Shown: positions 1 to 14,118 of the stretch, in pieces
Position numbering within the stretch: the stretch's first letter is position 1
Layout: every line of letters starts with the position of its first letter
NCBI GenBank assembly: GCA_016777845.1
Contig: JADHQS010000001.1
Coordinates: 3,573 to 67,572 of the forward strand
Source of the DNA: Candidatus Actinomarina sp.
GTDB taxonomy: Bacteria > Actinomycetota > Acidimicrobiia > Actinomarinales > Actinomarinaceae
Reading direction: 5' to 3'
Length of the DNA stretch: 64,000 nucleotides
Made by a program: the position numbers and the translations under genes
The notes under the pieces: generated by a model
Database searches by the model: none
Told to the model about the DNA's origin: nothing
The model's input: only the letters and a program-made list of their open reading frames with translations

Positions 1-479
1 TAAGGCGTGAATTAAAAAATGCTGGTGCTTCATTTAATGTAGTCAAAATGTCTTTAGCCAAAAGAGCAGCAGAAAATATTGGTCTAGATTCTTTAAATGA
101 TTATTTTTCTGGCCCTACTGGAGTGGCAGTAATTGAATCTGACCCTGTCGAAGCTGCAAAAGTCCTAAAAGAATTTTCAAAAGAAAACGAGGCCTTTGTA
201 GTTAAAGGTGGCTTGATGGATTCAGAACCATTAACTGTAGACCAATTAAATGTTCTAGCTGAAATTGAACCTAGAGATGTACTTCTAGCAAAAATTGCTG
301 GTGGCTTCAATGCACCATTGGTAAAAGTTGCTGCAGGTGCAAAAGCTGTGATCAACAAGGCTGGCTACGCATTAAGTGCTTTATTAGATAAAAAAGCAAG
401 TGAAAAAGAAGTTTCTGAAGCTACTGATTCCGTTAAAGAAGAAGTGGCTTCTGAAGAAGTTAAAAAAGAGGAGGAATAG
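1..479 (+). CDS. rplJ: 50S ribosomal protein L10, 3' portion (5' end upstream of window)
   Basis: In-frame translation from position 3 (RRELKNAGASFNVVKMSLAKRAAENIG...) matches the L10 family; acidic C-terminus; directly followed by rplL. Confidence 0.85.
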   Translation, partial: RRELKNAGASFNVVKMSLAKRAAENIGLDSLNDYFSGPTGVAVIESDPVEAAKVLKEFSKENEAFVVKGGLMDSEPLTVDQLNVLAEIEPRDVLLAKIAGGFNAPLVKVAAGAKAVINKAGYALSALLDKKASEKEVSEATDSVKEEVASEEVKKEEE

Positions 480-482
480 CAA

Positions 483-866
483 ATGGCAAAAATGACAATT
501 GATGAGTTGCTTAGTGTCTTTGAGGAAATGACTGTCTTAGAACTAAAAGAGTTTTTAGATGCATTTGAAGAAAAATTTGATGTAACTGCCGCAGCCCCTG
601 TAGCTGTAGCTGCTGCACCAGCTGGTGGAGGAGATGATGCAGGAGCAGCAGAAAAAGATTCTTTTGATGTAGTTCTTTCAGATTCAGGATCACAAAAAAT
701 TCAAGTAATCAAGGAAGTAAGAGGTCTTACTAGTCTTGGACTTAAAGAAGCAAAAGAGCTTGTAGACAGTGCCCCATCAGATATTTTGAGTGGTGTTTCT
801 AAAGAAGATGCTGATAAAGCAAAAGAAGCTTTAGAAGGTGCTGGCGCTACTGTAGAACTAAAATAA
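483..866 (+). CDS. rplL: 50S ribosomal protein L7/L12
   Basis: 127 aa, Ala/Gly hinge then conserved C-terminal domain ([24 protein letters not shown]). Confidence 0.95.
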   Translation: MAKMTIDELLSVFEEMTVLELKEFLDAFEEKFDVTAAAPVAVAAAPAGGGDDAGAAEKDSFDVVLSDSGSQKIQVIKEVRGLTSLGLKEAKELVDSAPSDILSGVSKEDADKAKEALEGAGATVELK

Positions 867-949
867 TTTACTAATTATTTGTTTGCTTAAATAATAAGAA
901 CTAATATACTCTATCTTTCGGGTAGCTGTTATTTAATTTTTGAGGAGGC

Positions 950-3900
950 TTGTTGTCCGCTGTTCAGAATTCTAGACTTTCATTTGCAAAAATTCCTAAA
1001 GTTCTAGATATTCCAGATTTATTAATTATACAAAAAGATTCTTTCAAGTGGTTTATTGAAGAGGGATTAAAAGAAATTTTAGATGAGATATCACCCATTG
1101 AAGATTTCTCTGGTAGATTCTCCTTAGAATTTCTAAATCATTACTTTGAAGAGCCATTAAAAACTCTTGAAGAATGTAAAATAACAGACTCTACTTATTC
1201 ACAACCTTTATATGTAACAGCTCAATTTTTAGATCGTGAAACTGGTCAAATAAAACAACAAACAGTTTTTCTTGGTGATTTTCCAATTATGTCGGATACT
1301 GGAACTTTTATAATCAATGGAACCGAAAGAGTTATTGTTAGTCAGTTAGTCAGGTCTCCTGGAGTTTATTTTTCTCAAGAGATTGATAAAACATCTGACA
1401 AGGAAGTTTTCATTGGCAAGATGATCCCCGGAAGAGGAGCATGGTTAGAGTTCGACACAGATAAAAGAGACACTCTTGGTGTAAGAGTTGATAGAAAAAG
1501 AAGACAGCACATCACTGGCTTTTTGATGGCCCTTGACGTTATTGAGAATAAAGAAGATGCTATAGAGTTATTAGGTGATTACCCGTCTGTAAGAAATACT
1601 ATTGAAAGAGATCCAGATACAACAAGGGAAGCAGCGCTTATAGATTTATACAGAAAACTACGACCAGGAGAACCTGCAACAGTTGAGTCTGCTAGGAACT
1701 TGGTAAAACAATTGTTCTATACCCCTAAAAGATATGACCTAACAAAAGTTGGTCGATACAAAGTTGAACAGAAGTTAGGAAGACAATACGGCGAAAAAGA
1801 TGCTGAATCGTATACAACTGAAGATGATGGAATGTTAAGAATTGAAGATATGATAGATTCTATTAAGTATGTCATCGCTCTACATGCAGGTGAAGACAGC
1901 TTTATTAATAATAAAGGCAGTGAAATTCCTGTTCGTCTAGATGATATTGATCACTTCGGAAATAGAAGAATTAGAACAGTTGGTGAACTAGTTCAAAATC
2001 AAGTAAGAGTAGGTCTTAGTAGATTAGAAAGAGTAGTTAGAGAGAGAATGACAACTCAAGAACCTGAAGCGATTACACCTCAGTCACTAATTAACATTCG
2101 TCCAATTCAAGCATCGTTAAAAGAATTTTTTGGAACAAGTCAATTAAGTCAGTTCATGGATCAACCAAATCCAATTGCAGGCTTAACCCACAGAAGAAGA
2201 CTATCAGCTTTAGGTCCAGGAGGCTTGTCAAGAGAAAGAGCAGGTTTTGAAGTTAGAGACGTCCACCCTTCACACTACGGTAGGATGTGTCCAATTGAGA
2301 CACCAGAAGGTCCAAATATTGGTCTAATAGGAACCCTTGCTACATATGGTCGAGTAAATAAATTTGGGTTTATCGAGACTCCATATTGGAAAGTTGAAAA
2401 TGGAGTTGTTAAAACTAATAAAGCAGTTTATTTAACTGCTGCTGAAGAGGATAATTTTACAATTGCACAGGCTAACGCTCCTTTAAATGATGATGGAACA
2501 TTCCAAAACAAGAAAGTTCTCTCCAGACAAAATGGAGGAGAAGTTGCATTCGTGTCAGACAAAGAGATAGATTTTATGGATGTCAGTCCTAAACAAATCT
2601 GCTCTGTCACCACTGCTCTTATCCCATTTCTTGAACATGATGACGCAAACAGAGCATTAATGGGATCAAACATGCAGAGACAAGCAGTCCCATTAGTTAA
2701 AACTGAAGCACCATATGTAGGAACTGGAATGGAAGAAAATGTTGCAAGAGATTCTGGCGAATCTCTTATTTCTAATATTTCCGGTACTGTTGAAGAAGTA
2801 TCCGGTGATGAAATCTCAGTTAAAGAAGAAGGAACTAATAAAAAATATAGATTTGAAGTTTTAAAATTTAAAAGGTCTAATCAGGCTACAAGTTGGAATC
2901 AAAAGCCACTTGTTAAAGTTGGAACAAAAGTTAAACCAGGGGATGTACTAGCTGATGGTCCAAGCACTCAAGGAGGAGAGTTAGCTCTTGGTAAGAATTT
3001 ACTTGTTGGATATATGCCTTGGGATGGATACAACTTTGAAGATTCAATTGTAGTATCTGAACGACTTGTAAAAGAAGATGTCTTAACTTCAGTACACATA
3101 GCTGAACATGAAATAGAAGCCCGTGATACAAAACTTGGTGAAGAAGAAATAACAAGAGATATTCCCAATGTAGCTGAAGAAGTTCTTATGGACTTAGATG
3201 AAATGGGAATTGTTAGAATTGGAGCCGAAGTATCACCAGGAGATTATCTTGTTGGGAAAGTTACCCCAAAGGGAGAAACTGAGTTAACACCTGAAGAAAG
3301 ACTTTTGAGAGCCATTTTTGGTGAAAAAGCAAGGGAAGTTAGAGACACCTCTTTGAGAGTTCCTCATGGTGAAAGAGGGAAAGTTATAGATGTTCAAATT
3401 TTGAAGCGTGATGATGGAGCTGATTTACCTCCAGGCGTTAATCAAAAAGTTAGAGTTTATGTCGCAATACAAAGAAAAATTCAAGTTGGTGACAAATTAT
3501 CTGGTAGGCATGGAAACAAAGGTGTTATATCAAAAATTCTCCCAATTGAAGACATGCCTTATATGGAAGATGGAACTCCTTTAGATATTATGCTTTCACC
3601 CTTAGGTGTTCCAAGCAGAATGAATCTTGGTCAAATTTTAGAGACACATCTTGGTTGGGCAGCTGATCAGGGTTGGAAAGAATACAAAGGGAATACAAAA
3701 GCATCTAGTGGTGCAAAACCTGGAACCCTTATTTCAACACCAGTATTTGATGGGGCAGATGAAGATGAAATACATGAAATTTTAAGAAATGTAAATCCAA
3801 ATAGAGATGGAAAATTGATGGTTGATGAAAATGGTAAAGCAACTCTTTATGATGGTCGCACAGGGGAGTCTTTTGATTCAAGAGTTACTGTTGGGTATAC

Positions 3901-4342
3901 ATATATATTGAAGCTTATTCACTTAGTTGATGAAAAAATTCATGCAAGATCAACTGGTCCTTATTCTATGATTACACAACAACCATTAGGAGGTAAGGCT
4001 CAATTTGGTGGACAAAGATTTGGAGAAATGGAAGTTTGGGCATTAGAAGCTTATGGTGCAAGTTACGCACTACAAGAACTTCTTACTATAAAATCTGATG
4101 ATACTGTAGGTAGGGTTAAGGTTTACGAATCAATAGTCAAGGGTGATAATATTCCCGAGCCCGGTATACCAGAGTCTTTCAAGGTTCTATTAAAAGAAAT
4201 GCAAAGTTTATGTTTAAATGTTGAAATTCTTTCAGCAGGTGAGGAAATTTCAATGAAAGATATAAGCGATGAATATGTAAAGACTGCAGAAACTTTAGGA
4301 ATTGATATGACAAGGCCAGAACAAGATGAGGCAGGGGTATAA
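950..4342 (+). CDS. rpoB: DNA-directed RNA polymerase beta subunit
   Basis: 1130 aa; RpoB motifs ([15 protein letters not shown]); TTG start after GAGGAGG. Confidence 0.97.
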   Translation: MLSAVQNSRLSFAKIPKVLDIPDLLIIQKDSFKWFIEEGLKEILDEISPIEDFSGRFSLEFLNHYFEEPLKTLEECKITDSTYSQPLYVTAQFLDRETGQIKQQTVFLGDFPIMSDTGTFIINGTERVIVSQLVRSPGVYFSQEIDKTSDKEVFIGKMIPGRGAWLEFDTDKRDTLGVRVDRKRRQHITGFLMALDVIENKEDAIELLGDYPSVRNTIERDPDTTREAALIDLYRKLRPGEPATVESARNLVKQLFYTPKRYDLTKVGRYKVEQKLGRQYGEKDAESYTTEDDGMLRIEDMIDSIKYVIALHAGEDSFINNKGSEIPVRLDDIDHFGNRRIRTVGELVQNQVRVGLSRLERVVRERMTTQEPEAITPQSLINIRPIQASLKEFFGTSQLSQFMDQPNPIAGLTHRRRLSALGPGGLSRERAGFEVRDVHPSHYGRMCPIETPEGPNIGLIGTLATYGRVNKFGFIETPYWKVENGVVKTNKAVYLTAAEEDNFTIAQANAPLNDDGTFQNKKVLSRQNGGEVAFVSDKEIDFMDVSPKQICSVTTALIPFLEHDDANRALMGSNMQRQAVPLVKTEAPYVGTGMEENVARDSGESLISNISGTVEEVSGDEISVKEEGTNKKYRFEVLKFKRSNQATSWNQKPLVKVGTKVKPGDVLADGPSTQGGELALGKNLLVGYMPWDGYNFEDSIVVSERLVKEDVLTSVHIAEHEIEARDTKLGEEEITRDIPNVAEEVLMDLDEMGIVRIGAEVSPGDYLVGKVTPKGETELTPEERLLRAIFGEKAREVRDTSLRVPHGERGKVIDVQILKRDDGADLPPGVNQKVRVYVAIQRKIQVGDKLSGRHGNKGVISKILPIEDMPYMEDGTPLDIMLSPLGVPSRMNLGQILETHLGWAADQGWKEYKGNTKASSGAKPGTLISTPVFDGADEDEIHEILRNVNPNRDGKLMVDENGKATLYDGRTGESFDSRVTVGYTYILKLIHLVDEKIHARSTGPYSMITQQPLGGKAQFGGQRFGEMEVWALEAYGASYALQELLTIKSDDTVGRVKVYESIVKGDNIPEPGIPESFKVLLKEMQSLCLNVEILSAGEEISMKDISDEYVKTAETLGIDMTRPEQDEAGV

Positions 4343-4344
4343 AT

Positions 4345-7300
4345 ATGGACAAAGTTTTTGATGAGTTAAGTATTAGTCTTGCCACCACAGATCAAATGAG
4401 AAGCTGGTCATTTGGCGAAGTGAAAAAACCAGAAACAATTAACTATAGAACTTTAAAGCCTGAAAAAGACGGCCTATTTGATGAAAGAATTTTTGGACCA
4501 ACAAAAGATTGGGAATGTTCATGTGGAAGATACAAAAGAATCAGATACAGAGGAATTGTATGCGAAAGATGTGGTGTTGAGGTAACCAGACGTGAAGTAA
4601 GAAGAGAGAGAATGGGGCACATAGAACTCGCAGCACCTGTTACTCATATTTGGTACTTTAAAGGAGTTCCAAGTAGATTAGGTTATTTCTTAGATATGTC
4701 TCCAAAAGAGTTAGAGAAAGTAATCTATTTCGCTGCATATCTAGTTGTCTCCATTGATTCTAAAAAACGAACAAAAGATTTAGCTGAACTTGAAGAAGCT
4801 GTTGTAGCCGAAGTAGAGATAGTTAATGAAGATTTTGAAGAATGGGAACAGAAAAGAATTAAACAGATGGATACTGAAATTAAAGCTATGGAAAATGCAA
4901 AAATTCCTGAGCCAGAAATTCAAATTAGAAAAAAAGAAGTTGAAAAAGAAATAAAACAAAAAAAAGCTAAGTCAGATGCAGAAATTAAAGTTATCGAAGA
5001 AGCATTTTCCACTTTAAAGACACTCAAGCCAAAAACGCTAATAGAAAATGATACGTTATGGCGTGAAATGATTGACAAATATGATGAGTATTTTACTGGT
5101 GGCATGGGAGCAGAAGCAGTAAGAGAGTTAGTACAGCATGTTGACTTAAAAGCTGAAATGGAAAAATTAGAGACTGACTTAGATTCTAAGTCAGCTCAAA
5201 GACGACAACGAGCTATACAACGTATGAAAGTTATTAAGCCTTTCGCAGATGGAAAAAACCCTCCTGAAGCAATGATTCTTGAAGTAGTTCCTGTCATTCC
5301 TCCTGAACTTCGTCCAATGGTTCAGTTAGATGGTGGTAGATTTGCCACTTCAGATCTTAATGACTTATACAGAAGATTAATTAACAGAAACAATAGGTTG
5401 AAGAAGCTTATTGAGCTTGGAGCACCGGACATAATTATCAGCAATGAAAAAAGAATGTTGCAAGAGTCTGTTGATGCGTTATTTGATAATGGTAGAAGAG
5501 GACGTGCTGTTGCAGGCGCAGGTGGACGTGGTCTTAAGTCACTTTCAGATATGCTTAAAGGAAAACAGGGAAGGTTCCGTCAAAACCTACTTGGTAAAAG
5601 AGTTGATTACTCAGCAAGGTCTGTAATTGTTGTTGGCCCTCATTTAGAACTACAACAATGCGGGCTTCCTAAAATGATGGCTTTAGAGTTATTTAAACCG
5701 TTTGTGATGAAGAGACTTGTTGAGCTTGGGCTTGCTCAAAATATTAAATCAGCAAAAAGAATGGTTGAAAGATCAAGAGCTCAAGTCTGGGATGTATTAG
5801 CTGAAGTAATTGAAGAACATCCAGTTTTATTAAATAGGGCACCTACTTTACATAGGCTTGGTATTCAGGCATTTGAACCAATCCTTGTAGAAGGCAAAGC
5901 TATTCAAGTGCATCCTTTGGTTTGTGAGGCATTCAATGCTGATTTTGATGGTGACCAAATGGCAGTCCATGTTCCACTATCAGCAGAAGCTCAAGCTGAA
6001 GCTAAAGTTCTCATGCTATCTACTAATAATGTTTTGTCACCAGCTTCCGGAAATCCTATTGTTTCTCCAAGCCAAGACATGGTTATTGGTCTTTATTACA
6101 TTACTGAATGTCATGAAGATTTAGAAAGTGCAAAATTTAACTTTGTTGATTTTAATGAAGCTCAAATTGCTTATGAAAGTGGACATATTGGGTTGCAAAC
6201 ACCAATTAATGTAAGGGTTGGAGATTTGGCTGGTGATCCAGAAATGCACTCTGAATTAAAAGGAAGGTTCTCAGAACTATTAACCGATCAGCCAATTGAG
6301 GGCAACAAGTTAACGAAAACTACTCTTGGTAGATTGCATTTCAATTCCATCATGCCTACTGATTTTCCATACATCCAAGCTTCTGTTAGAAAACCAGAAA
6401 TGAAAAAAATAATTTCTGAAATTATTGAGCGTTACAATAAAGCAGAACTCAGAATATTTTTAGACTCGATGAAATCTGTAGGCTTTACGTTTGGTGCCAA
6501 ATCTGGTTTGACTGTTGCTATGAATGATGTAAAAACACCTCCAAGTAAAAACCAAATACTAGAAAAATATGAATCAGAAGCTGAGAAGGTTGAAAAATTA
6601 TATTTAGATGACATTATCACTGAAACTGAGCGTAAGCAAAAAATTATTGAGATATGGAATGAGGCCACAGATCAAGTTCAATATGCTATGAGTGCTGAGC
6701 TCGAAGCTGAACAGTTCAATCCAGTAGACATGATGGTTAAGTCCGGTGCTCGAGGAAATATGATGCAAGTAAGGCAATTAGCAGGAATGAGAGGCTTAGT
6801 TGCAAACCCTAAAGGTGACATAATTGAAAGACCTATAAAAAGTAACTTCAGGGAAGGTATGTCAGTACTTGAATATTTCATATCTACTCATGGTGCTAGA
6901 AAAGGTCTCGCTGATACAGCTTTAAGAACTGCAGACTCAGGTTATCTAACAAGAAGATTAGTAGATGTTGCTGCAGGAATTGTAGTTAAGGATATAGGCG
7001 ATGAAAATATTGATTGGCGTGGTACTAACAAAAAAGTTGTTATTGATGGAAAGTTGAGTAGATACTTACACTCAACATTGTATAGCCGTGTTTTAGCTGA
7101 AGATATAAAGATAGACAAAAAAGTATTTGAAATGGAAAACGGCACAAAGCTTACTAAAGGTACTTACATTGATGCTGAAGTCCTTGATGGGATAGCAAAG
7201 TCTGGCATAAAAGATGTTAATGTGCTGACTCCATTTAACTCTCTAGATCCAGAATCAATGGATCCTTTATGTTATGGATTTAGCTTGGCAACAGGAAAAC

Positions 7301-8259
7301 CAGTTGAAGTTGGTGAAGCAGTAGGGATAATTTCTGCACAGTCTATTGGTGAGCCTGGAACACAATTAACAATGAGAACCTTCCATACAGGTGGAGTTGT
7401 AGGTTTGGATATTACATCTGGATTACCAAGGATTGTGGAATTATTTGAAGCAAGAACTCCTAAAGGAAAAGCTGTGCTTTCTCCGATACAAGGGAAAGTT
7501 AAATCTGTAGAAGTAACACCTGAAGGCAACAGAAATGTAACTATAGGAAATGAAAAAGAAGATGTAGAATTACTTGTCTTAAGAAGACAGACCTTACTTG
7601 CTAACCAAGGAGATTCGGTTGAAGCTGGGCAGTCTTTGACAACAGGACCTAAAGATCCAAAAGAAGTTTTACAAATTAATGGTGTAAGAACTTGTCAAGA
7701 ATACTTGGTTGGCGAAGTCCAAAAGACTTATAGAGATCAAGGAGTTGAGGTTCATGACAAGCATGTTGAAATGATAGTTCGCCAAATGTTAAGAAGGGTA
7801 AGGATTGTTAAATCAAACAATTCAGACTTTTTACCAAATGAACTTGTTGATTCAACATTATTTAGAAAGACTAATCAAGAGTTAGTCAAAGAGGGAAAAA
7901 TTCCTGCTGAAGGAAGACCTGAGCTTATGGGTATCACAAAAGCTAGCCTTGCAACAGACTCCTGGTTATCAGCAGCGTCTTTCCAAGAAACTACAAGAGT
8001 ACTCACTGAAGCCGCAATGAAGAGAAGTACAGATTCTCTTGCTGGCTTAAAAGAGAATGTTATTATTGGAACACTGATTCCTGCCGGAACTGGTTCCGAT
8101 GCTTATCAAAGTATGAAACCTTCTCTTCCAAATGCTCCTGAAGTTTCTAAATTAGGATTTATGGCTTCAACTTCTGAGGACTCAGAAGACGAAGCATTGC
8201 CAAATCCTGCACAATGGCTAGCTATGTTAGGTGATGAAAATGAAGTGGAGGATGAGTAA
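4345..8259 (+). CDS. rpoC: DNA-directed RNA polymerase beta' subunit
   Basis: 1304 aa; Zn finger [20 protein letters not shown], catalytic NADFDGD. Confidence 0.97.
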   Translation: MDKVFDELSISLATTDQMRSWSFGEVKKPETINYRTLKPEKDGLFDERIFGPTKDWECSCGRYKRIRYRGIVCERCGVEVTRREVRRERMGHIELAAPVTHIWYFKGVPSRLGYFLDMSPKELEKVIYFAAYLVVSIDSKKRTKDLAELEEAVVAEVEIVNEDFEEWEQKRIKQMDTEIKAMENAKIPEPEIQIRKKEVEKEIKQKKAKSDAEIKVIEEAFSTLKTLKPKTLIENDTLWREMIDKYDEYFTGGMGAEAVRELVQHVDLKAEMEKLETDLDSKSAQRRQRAIQRMKVIKPFADGKNPPEAMILEVVPVIPPELRPMVQLDGGRFATSDLNDLYRRLINRNNRLKKLIELGAPDIIISNEKRMLQESVDALFDNGRRGRAVAGAGGRGLKSLSDMLKGKQGRFRQNLLGKRVDYSARSVIVVGPHLELQQCGLPKMMALELFKPFVMKRLVELGLAQNIKSAKRMVERSRAQVWDVLAEVIEEHPVLLNRAPTLHRLGIQAFEPILVEGKAIQVHPLVCEAFNADFDGDQMAVHVPLSAEAQAEAKVLMLSTNNVLSPASGNPIVSPSQDMVIGLYYITECHEDLESAKFNFVDFNEAQIAYESGHIGLQTPINVRVGDLAGDPEMHSELKGRFSELLTDQPIEGNKLTKTTLGRLHFNSIMPTDFPYIQASVRKPEMKKIISEIIERYNKAELRIFLDSMKSVGFTFGAKSGLTVAMNDVKTPPSKNQILEKYESEAEKVEKLYLDDIITETERKQKIIEIWNEATDQVQYAMSAELEAEQFNPVDMMVKSGARGNMMQVRQLAGMRGLVANPKGDIIERPIKSNFREGMSVLEYFISTHGARKGLADTALRTADSGYLTRRLVDVAAGIVVKDIGDENIDWRGTNKKVVIDGKLSRYLHSTLYSRVLAEDIKIDKKVFEMENGTKLTKGTYIDAEVLDGIAKSGIKDVNVLTPFNSLDPESMDPLCYGFSLATGKPVEVGEAVGIISAQSIGEPGTQLTMRTFHTGGVVGLDITSGLPRIVELFEARTPKGKAVLSPIQGKVKSVEVTPEGNRNVTIGNEKEDVELLVLRRQTLLANQGDSVEAGQSLTTGPKDPKEVLQINGVRTCQEYLVGEVQKTYRDQGVEVHDKHVEMIVRQMLRRVRIVKSNNSDFLPNELVDSTLFRKTNQELVKEGKIPAEGRPELMGITKASLATDSWLSAASFQETTRVLTEAAMKRSTDSLAGLKENVIIGTLIPAGTGSDAYQSMKPSLPNAPEVSKLGFMASTSEDSEDEALPNPAQWLAMLGDENEVEDE

Positions 8260-8352
8260 AAAACTTATAAAAATAAGGTTGTTGTAAGTTTAAATTCGTC
8301 ATATACTTCTTTTTCGGTAAGCCAAATAAGTAAATTTTAGATTGGAATAACT

Positions 8353-8721
8353 ATGCCTACAACGCAACAGTTGATAAGAAAAGGTAGAAAGTCTAAAGTG
8401 TCAAAAGAAAAGACACCTGGACTAAAAGGATCGCCTCAACGTAGAGGGGTGTGTACTCGCGTGTACACTGTTACTCCAAAAAAACCAAACTCTGCTTTAC
8501 GTAAAGTTTGTAGAGTAAGGCTTTCAACAGGTACAGAAGTGACCGCTTATATACCTGGTGAGGGTCATAACCTACAAGAACACTCAATAGTTTTAGTTAG
8601 AGGTGGAAGAGTGAAAGACTTACCTGGTGTGAGATATAAAGTTATCAGAGGTGCTTTGGACACTGCTGGGGTGACAGATAGAAAACAAGCTAGATCTAGG
8701 TATGGAAGTAAAAAGGGCTAA
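8353..8721 (+). CDS. rpsL: 30S ribosomal protein S12
   Basis: 122 aa, [11 protein letters not shown]... KKPNSALRK. Confidence 0.97.
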   Translation: MPTTQQLIRKGRKSKVSKEKTPGLKGSPQRRGVCTRVYTVTPKKPNSALRKVCRVRLSTGTEVTAYIPGEGHNLQEHSIVLVRGGRVKDLPGVRYKVIRGALDTAGVTDRKQARSRYGSKKG

Positions 8722-8725
8722 GTAA

Positions 8726-9193
8726 ATGAGAAGAGGACCATCACTTAAAAGAAAACCAAAACCTGACCCGATTTACAACAGTTTGTTGGTCTCTCAACTT
8801 ATAAATCAAGTTTTACTTGATGGTAAAAAAGATTTGGCTAGCAATATTGTTTATTCCGCACTAGAGCTTGTTGAAAAGCAAACTGGTTCAGACCCAATAA
8901 ACACATTAAAAGATGCTTTTGAAAATGTCAGGCCTCAAATAGAAACAAAATCCAGAAGAGTTGGTGGAACAAACTACCAGGTACCTATGGAAGTTCCTCA
9001 AAGAAGAAGTACAACTTTAGCAATACGCTGGATGGTAGATTCCTCTAGAAAAAGAGGTGAAAACACAATGCATGAAAGACTAGGAAGAGAAATTTTAGAT
9101 GCCAGTAATAAAACTGGTGCTTCAGTCAAAAAAAGAGAAGATGTTCATAAAATGGCAGAGTCAAATAGAGCCTTTGCTCACTACAGGTGGTAA
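8726..9193 (+). CDS. rpsG: 30S ribosomal protein S7
   Basis: 155 aa S7 family. Confidence 0.95.
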   Translation: MRRGPSLKRKPKPDPIYNSLLVSQLINQVLLDGKKDLASNIVYSALELVEKQTGSDPINTLKDAFENVRPQIETKSRRVGGTNYQVPMEVPQRRSTTLAIRWMVDSSRKRGENTMHERLGREILDASNKTGASVKKREDVHKMAESNRAFAHYRW

Positions 9194-9196
9194 TCA

Positions 9197-11284
9197 ATGA
9201 CTAGAGAAGTAGATTTAAACAATTTAAGAAACATTGGAATTATGGCTCATATTGATGCCGGTAAAACAACTCTTACTGAAAGAATCTTGTATTACACAGG
9301 TAAAACCTACAAGATTGGTGAAGTCCATGATGGAGCCGCTGTTATGGATTGGATGGAGCAAGAACAAGAACGAGGTATTACTATTACCTCAGCTGCAACT
9401 ACATGTAGTTGGAACAAGCACACTATTAATATAATTGATACACCTGGCCACGTTGATTTTACTGTCGAAGTTGAAAGATCTTTAAGGGTTCTTGATGGTG
9501 CAGTTGCAGTATTTGATGGTGTAGCTGGAGTTGAGCCGCAGTCAGAAACTGTTTGGAGACAGGCAGACAAATATAATGTTCCAAGGATTTGCTTTATAAA
9601 TAAATTAGACCGAACTGGTGCAGATTTTAATTTTGATGTTCAATCAATCATAGACAGGTTAGAAGCGAAGCCAGCAGTTCTCCATATTCCAATTGGGTCT
9701 GAAGCAGATTTTGTTGGTGTTATTGATTTAGTAGAAATGAAATCTCACACATGGTCTAAAGATGACGGTTCTGAGTGGGACATAACAGATATTGCTGAAG
9801 ACATGCTAGAGGAAGCAAATACAAAAAGACAAGAGCTTCTAGATGTAGTAGCTGAAGCAGACGATGATGTATTAGAAAAATACTTTGCTGATGAAGAGCT
9901 CACTGTTGAAGATATCAAAAAAGCTATTAGAAAAGGTACTTTAGGGGGCATGTTTGTTCCAGTACTTGCTGGAAGTGCATTCAAAAATAAAGGAGTTCAG
10001 CTTCTACTTGATGCTGTTGTTGATTATTTACCATCACCTCTTGATATCGAAGATGTAACAGGTTTTAAACCTGGAGATGAAGAAAATGAGATTTCAAGAT
10101 CTCACAGTGATGAAGAGCCATTTTCTGCATTAGCTTTCAAAGTAGTTAGCGATCCACATGTAGGTAAGCTTACATATTTTAGAGTCTACTCAGGAACTCT
10201 TAACAAAGGGGACAAAGTTACCAACACTACAACAGGAAAAGAAGAGAGATTAGGAAGAATTTTAAGAATGCATTCCAACTCTAGAGAAGATATAGATTTT
10301 ATTTGCACAGGAGACATTGTTGCAGGTGTTGGCTTAAAGAATGCTAAAACTGGAGATACCTTATCAGACTCATCGCAACTTATTCAACTAGAGTCAATGA
10401 CTTTTCCTGAGCCTGTTATTTCTGTAGCTATTGAGCCTAAATCAAAAGCTGATGAAGAAAAATTATCAGAAGGTTTACAAAAACTAGCTGAGGAAGATCC
10501 AACTTTCCGTGTTCAATCTGATGAAGAAACTGGACAAACAATTATATCTGGAATGGGTGAATTACATTTAGACATCTTAGTTGATAGATTAAAGAGAGAA
10601 TTTAAAGTTGAAGCAAATATTGGAAAACCTCAAGTAGCTTATCGAGAGGCTTTAAAGAAGAAAACAGATGTAGAAGCAAAATATATAAGACAAAGTGGTG
10701 GTCGTGGTCAATATGGTCACGTAATTATGGAACTAGAACCTATTGAAGATGGGTATGAATTTGTAGATTTAATCAAAAGCGGAAGAATACCTAAAGAATA
10801 TATACCTTCTGTAAATGCAGGAGTTGAAGCTGCAATGGAAACTGGAGTTCTAGCTGGATATCCATTAGTAAATATAAGAGCAACCCTTAAGGATGGAACT
10901 TATCATGACGTTGACTCTTCAGAAATGGCTTTTAAAATTGCTGGATCAATGGCACTTAAAGATGGTGCAAAAAAAGCTGGTGTTAAATTGCTCGAACCAG
11001 TTATGACTGTAGAGGTGGTAACACCAGAAGATTTCATGGGAGATGTTGTCGGAGATCTTTCCTCAAGAAGAGGAAAGATAGCTGAAATGGGGCAAAGAGG
11101 ATCTGCAAAGGTTGTCAATGCTAAAGTACCGTTATCAGAAATGTTTGGATACGCAACTGATTTGCGTTCTCGAACTCAAGGCCGTGCAACATTTACGATG
11201 CAGTTTGATAGTTATGAAGACGTACCAGACAGCATAACTAAAGAAATAACTGCGAGTATTCGTGGAGTAGAGGTAGAAGTTTAA
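9197..11284 (+). CDS. fusA: elongation factor G
   Basis: 695 aa; [10 protein letters not shown]-loop, DTPGHVDF. Confidence 0.97.
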   Translation: MTREVDLNNLRNIGIMAHIDAGKTTLTERILYYTGKTYKIGEVHDGAAVMDWMEQEQERGITITSAATTCSWNKHTINIIDTPGHVDFTVEVERSLRVLDGAVAVFDGVAGVEPQSETVWRQADKYNVPRICFINKLDRTGADFNFDVQSIIDRLEAKPAVLHIPIGSEADFVGVIDLVEMKSHTWSKDDGSEWDITDIAEDMLEEANTKRQELLDVVAEADDDVLEKYFADEELTVEDIKKAIRKGTLGGMFVPVLAGSAFKNKGVQLLLDAVVDYLPSPLDIEDVTGFKPGDEENEISRSHSDEEPFSALAFKVVSDPHVGKLTYFRVYSGTLNKGDKVTNTTTGKEERLGRILRMHSNSREDIDFICTGDIVAGVGLKNAKTGDTLSDSSQLIQLESMTFPEPVISVAIEPKSKADEEKLSEGLQKLAEEDPTFRVQSDEETGQTIISGMGELHLDILVDRLKREFKVEANIGKPQVAYREALKKKTDVEAKYIRQSGGRGQYGHVIMELEPIEDGYEFVDLIKSGRIPKEYIPSVNAGVEAAMETGVLAGYPLVNIRATLKDGTYHDVDSSEMAFKIAGSMALKDGAKKAGVKLLEPVMTVEVVTPEDFMGDVVGDLSSRRGKIAEMGQRGSAKVVNAKVPLSEMFGYATDLRSRTQGRATFTMQFDSYEDVPDSITKEITASIRGVEVEV

Positions 11285-11323
11285 GCCTTAAGAGGTTTAA
11301 ATTTTAACAAAAAAGGAGAAAAT

Positions 11324-12508
11324 ATGTCAAAGGAAAAATTTGACCGAAGCAAGCCTCATGTGAACGTCGGTACAATGGGACACATTGACCACGGTAAAAC
11401 CACATTGACGGCCGCTATTACAAAAGTCTTATCTGAAGCTGGTGGAGGAGTAGCTACTGCTTTTGAAGATATTGACAAAGCCCCTGAAGAGAGGGAAAGA
11501 GGAATCACAATTCAGATAGCTCACGTTGAGTATGAAACTGAAAATAGGCATTATGCTCACGTAGATATGCCTGGTCACGCTGATTATGTAAAAAACATGA
11601 TTACCGGTGCCGCACAGGTTGATGGAGCAATTTTGGTTGTTTCTGCAGCTGATGGTCCTATGCCACAAACGAGAGAACACGTTCTACTTGCTAGGCAAGT
11701 AGGTGTACCAGCTATTGCAGTATTCCTTAACAAAGTCGATCAAGTTGATGATGATGAACTTTTAGATCTTGTAGAGATGGAAGTAAGAGAATTATTAAAC
11801 GAATATGACTTTCCAGGAGATGATGTCCCTGTAGTTAAAGGATCAGCACTTGCTGCTCTTGAAGGAAAAGAAGAAGGCGTCAATGCTGTTAAAGAATTAA
11901 TGGATCAAGTTGATGCTTACATAGAAGAACCAATAAGAGATGTTGACAAACCGTTTTTGATGCCTGTTGAAGACGTATTCTCCATTACTGGTAGAGGTAC
12001 TGTTGTAACAGGTAGAATTGAACAAGGTATTGTTAACGTAAACGAAGAAGTCGAAATTGTTGGAATTAGAGAAACATCTAAATCAGTCTGTACTGGTGTT
12101 GAGATGTTCAGAAAACTTCTTGATGAAGGTAGAGCAGGTGACAACGTCGGTCTTCTCTTACGTGGAGTTGATAAAGAGGATGTTGAAAGAGGACAGGTTA
12201 TTGCAAAACCTGGCTCAATTACACCTCATACAAAGTTTGAGGCAGAAGTTTATGTTCTTACAAAAGAAGAAGGTGGAAGACACAATCCATTTTTCAAAGG
12301 ATATAGACCACAATTCTATTTCAGAACTACTGACGTTACTGGTGAAGTAACTCTAAGTGAAGGTACTGAAATGGTTATGCCTGGTGACAACGTTTCTATC
12401 TCTGTAGAACTCATTTCTCCAATTGCAATGGAAGAAGGAGTGAAGTTCGCAATTAGAGAAGGTGGTAGAACTGTTGGAGCTGGTCAGGTGACAAAAGTTA
12501 TCGAGTAA
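11324..12508 (+). CDS. tuf: elongation factor Tu
   Basis: 394 aa; [17 protein letters not shown]. Confidence 0.97.
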   Translation: MSKEKFDRSKPHVNVGTMGHIDHGKTTLTAAITKVLSEAGGGVATAFEDIDKAPEERERGITIQIAHVEYETENRHYAHVDMPGHADYVKNMITGAAQVDGAILVVSAADGPMPQTREHVLLARQVGVPAIAVFLNKVDQVDDDELLDLVEMEVRELLNEYDFPGDDVPVVKGSALAALEGKEEGVNAVKELMDQVDAYIEEPIRDVDKPFLMPVEDVFSITGRGTVVTGRIEQGIVNVNEEVEIVGIRETSKSVCTGVEMFRKLLDEGRAGDNVGLLLRGVDKEDVERGQVIAKPGSITPHTKFEAEVYVLTKEEGGRHNPFFKGYRPQFYFRTTDVTGEVTLSEGTEMVMPGDNVSISVELISPIAMEEGVKFAIREGGRTVGAGQVTKVIE

Positions 12509-12516
12509 TAAAAATT

Positions 12517-12551
12517 AACCGGGAGTAGACTTCATACTCCCGGTTTTTTTT
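12517..12551 (+). terminator. Rho-independent terminator after tuf (AACCGGGAGUA-loop-UACUCCCGGUU + U8)
   Basis: 11-bp GC-containing perfect stem followed by T-run; ends 10 nt before rpsJ ATG. Confidence 0.8.
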
Positions 12552-12560
12552 GAGGAAAAA

Positions 12561-12872
12561 ATGGCAAAAGGACAACAAATTAGAATAAAGCTTAAAGCTT
12601 ACGACAACTATGTTGTTGATGAATCTGCACGTAAAATTGCTGAAACAGTTCTAAAAACACAAGCAAAAGTTAAAGGTCCTGTGCCATTACCAACTCAAAT
12701 ACATAGATACTGTGTAATTAGGTCGCCTCACGTAGATAAAAAGTCTCGTGAACATTTTGAAATGAGAATTCATAAGCGACTAATTGATATAGTTGAACCA
12801 ACCCCAAAGACTGTCGACTCTCTTATGAGACTTGATCTACCAGCAGGCGTTGAAGTAGAGATTAAATTATGA
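12561..12872 (+). CDS. rpsJ: 30S ribosomal protein S10
   Basis: 103 aa S10 family. Confidence 0.95.
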   Translation: MAKGQQIRIKLKAYDNYVVDESARKIAETVLKTQAKVKGPVPLPTQIHRYCVIRSPHVDKKSREHFEMRIHKRLIDIVEPTPKTVDSLMRLDLPAGVEVEIKL

Positions 12873-13501
12873 ACACTTTAATAGCCAGAAAAGTTGGTAT
12901 GACTCAGATATTTGATGAAAACTCCAAAGCTCTAGGAGTAACTGTTCTAGATGTTTCAGATTGTAGAGTAGTTCAGATTAAAAACAATGAATTAGATGGA
13001 TACAGCGCAGTACAGCTTACAATAGGAACCAAAAAAAATTCTACCAAACCTCTCCAAAATCATTTTAAAAAATATAATTCTGAACCAGGCGAAATTGTTT
13101 TAGAAGTTGAAGTTGATGAAAGTTTTGAATTAGATCCTGGGGCAGTAGTGAAAGTTTCAGACGTATTTGAGATTGGACAGAAAGTAGACATTTCTGGAAT
13201 TTCAAAAGGAAAAGGATTCGCTGGAGTAATGAAAAGACATAATTTTTCAGGTCAAAAAGCTAGTCACGGTGTTCATAAAGTTCATAGAGCAGGTGGTTCT
13301 ATTGGTAATGCTTCATATCCAGGCCATGTATTTAAAGGTCAAAAAATGGCTGGAAGAATGGGAAATGAAAAGTCAACGATTCAATCAGTCACAATTGTTG
13401 GTCTCAATGAAGAAAAAAATTATTTATTGGTAAACGGTTCAGTGCCTGGCAACAAGGGAAACATTGTAAAAATTCAAAAAGCTGTAAAGGTTAAGCAATG
13501 A
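12869..13501 (+). CDS. rplC: 50S ribosomal protein L3
   Basis: 210 aa L3 family, 4-nt overlap with rpsJ. Confidence 0.95.
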   Translation: MNTLIARKVGMTQIFDENSKALGVTVLDVSDCRVVQIKNNELDGYSAVQLTIGTKKNSTKPLQNHFKKYNSEPGEIVLEVEVDESFELDPGAVVKVSDVFEIGQKVDISGISKGKGFAGVMKRHNFSGQKASHGVHKVHRAGGSIGNASYPGHVFKGQKMAGRMGNEKSTIQSVTIVGLNEEKNYLLVNGSVPGNKGNIVKIQKAVKVKQ

Positions 13502-14118
13502 GTGTTAAATTAGATACCTTAAATACAAAAGAAAACAAAGTTTCAAAAAAACAATATAAATTTGAACCTATTGAAGAAATAAACATTGGCCTTTTACATC
13601 AAGTAGTAAAGGGAAGTAGAACAAACTTCAGAAATAACACTGCTTCAGTTAAAACTAGGGCTCAAGTTTCTGGTACTGGTGCAAAACCTTGGGCTCAAAA
13701 AGGAACAGGACGTGCACGTCAAGGTTCTTTAAGATCTCCACAATTTGTTGGTGGTGGTGTTGCTCATGGTCCTGGAACTAGGGTGTATAAAGACAGGACA
13801 CCAAAAAAAATGAAAAGCAAGGCATTAGCAATGGCGATTTCTCAAAGAATTTCAGAAGAATCAGTTTTTGTAATTGATGGGAATGGTATAGATTCTCCAT
13901 CTACTAAATTAGCTGCTTCAGCTTTAAAAGAATTTGATATTAAAAGAAGCTTTACATTGGTTTATTCTGATGAGGACGAAGTTTTATTCAAGTCATTCAG
14001 AAACTTGGAAGATTCAAAATTAGTTTCTGTAAGCAAAGTTGCTGCAATTGACATCATATCAACCGATGATACAATTTTTTCTGCAAACGCTATCACAAAA
14101 TATTTAGGGGATGAATAA
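13498..14118 (+). CDS. rplD: 50S ribosomal protein L4
   Basis: 206 aa L4 family. Confidence 0.93.
   Translation: MSVKLDTLNTKENKVSKKQYKFEPIEEINIGLLHQVVKGSRTNFRNNTASVKTRAQVSGTGAKPWAQKGTGRARQGSLRSPQFVGGGVAHGPGTRVYKDRTPKKMKSKALAMAISQRISEESVFVIDGNGIDSPSTKLAASALKEFDIKRSFTLVYSDEDEVLFKSFRNLEDSKLVSVSKVAAIDIISTDDTIFSANAITKYLGDE

Noticed and set aside
2428-3168. Antisense ORFs inside rpoB (81, 74 and 66 aa), and similar antisense ORFs inside rpoC, fusA, tuf, groEL, glmS, pcrA and others
   Set aside because: They are fully embedded opposite highly conserved genes, have low-complexity composition and no motifs. They are typical six-frame artefacts in AT-rich DNA.
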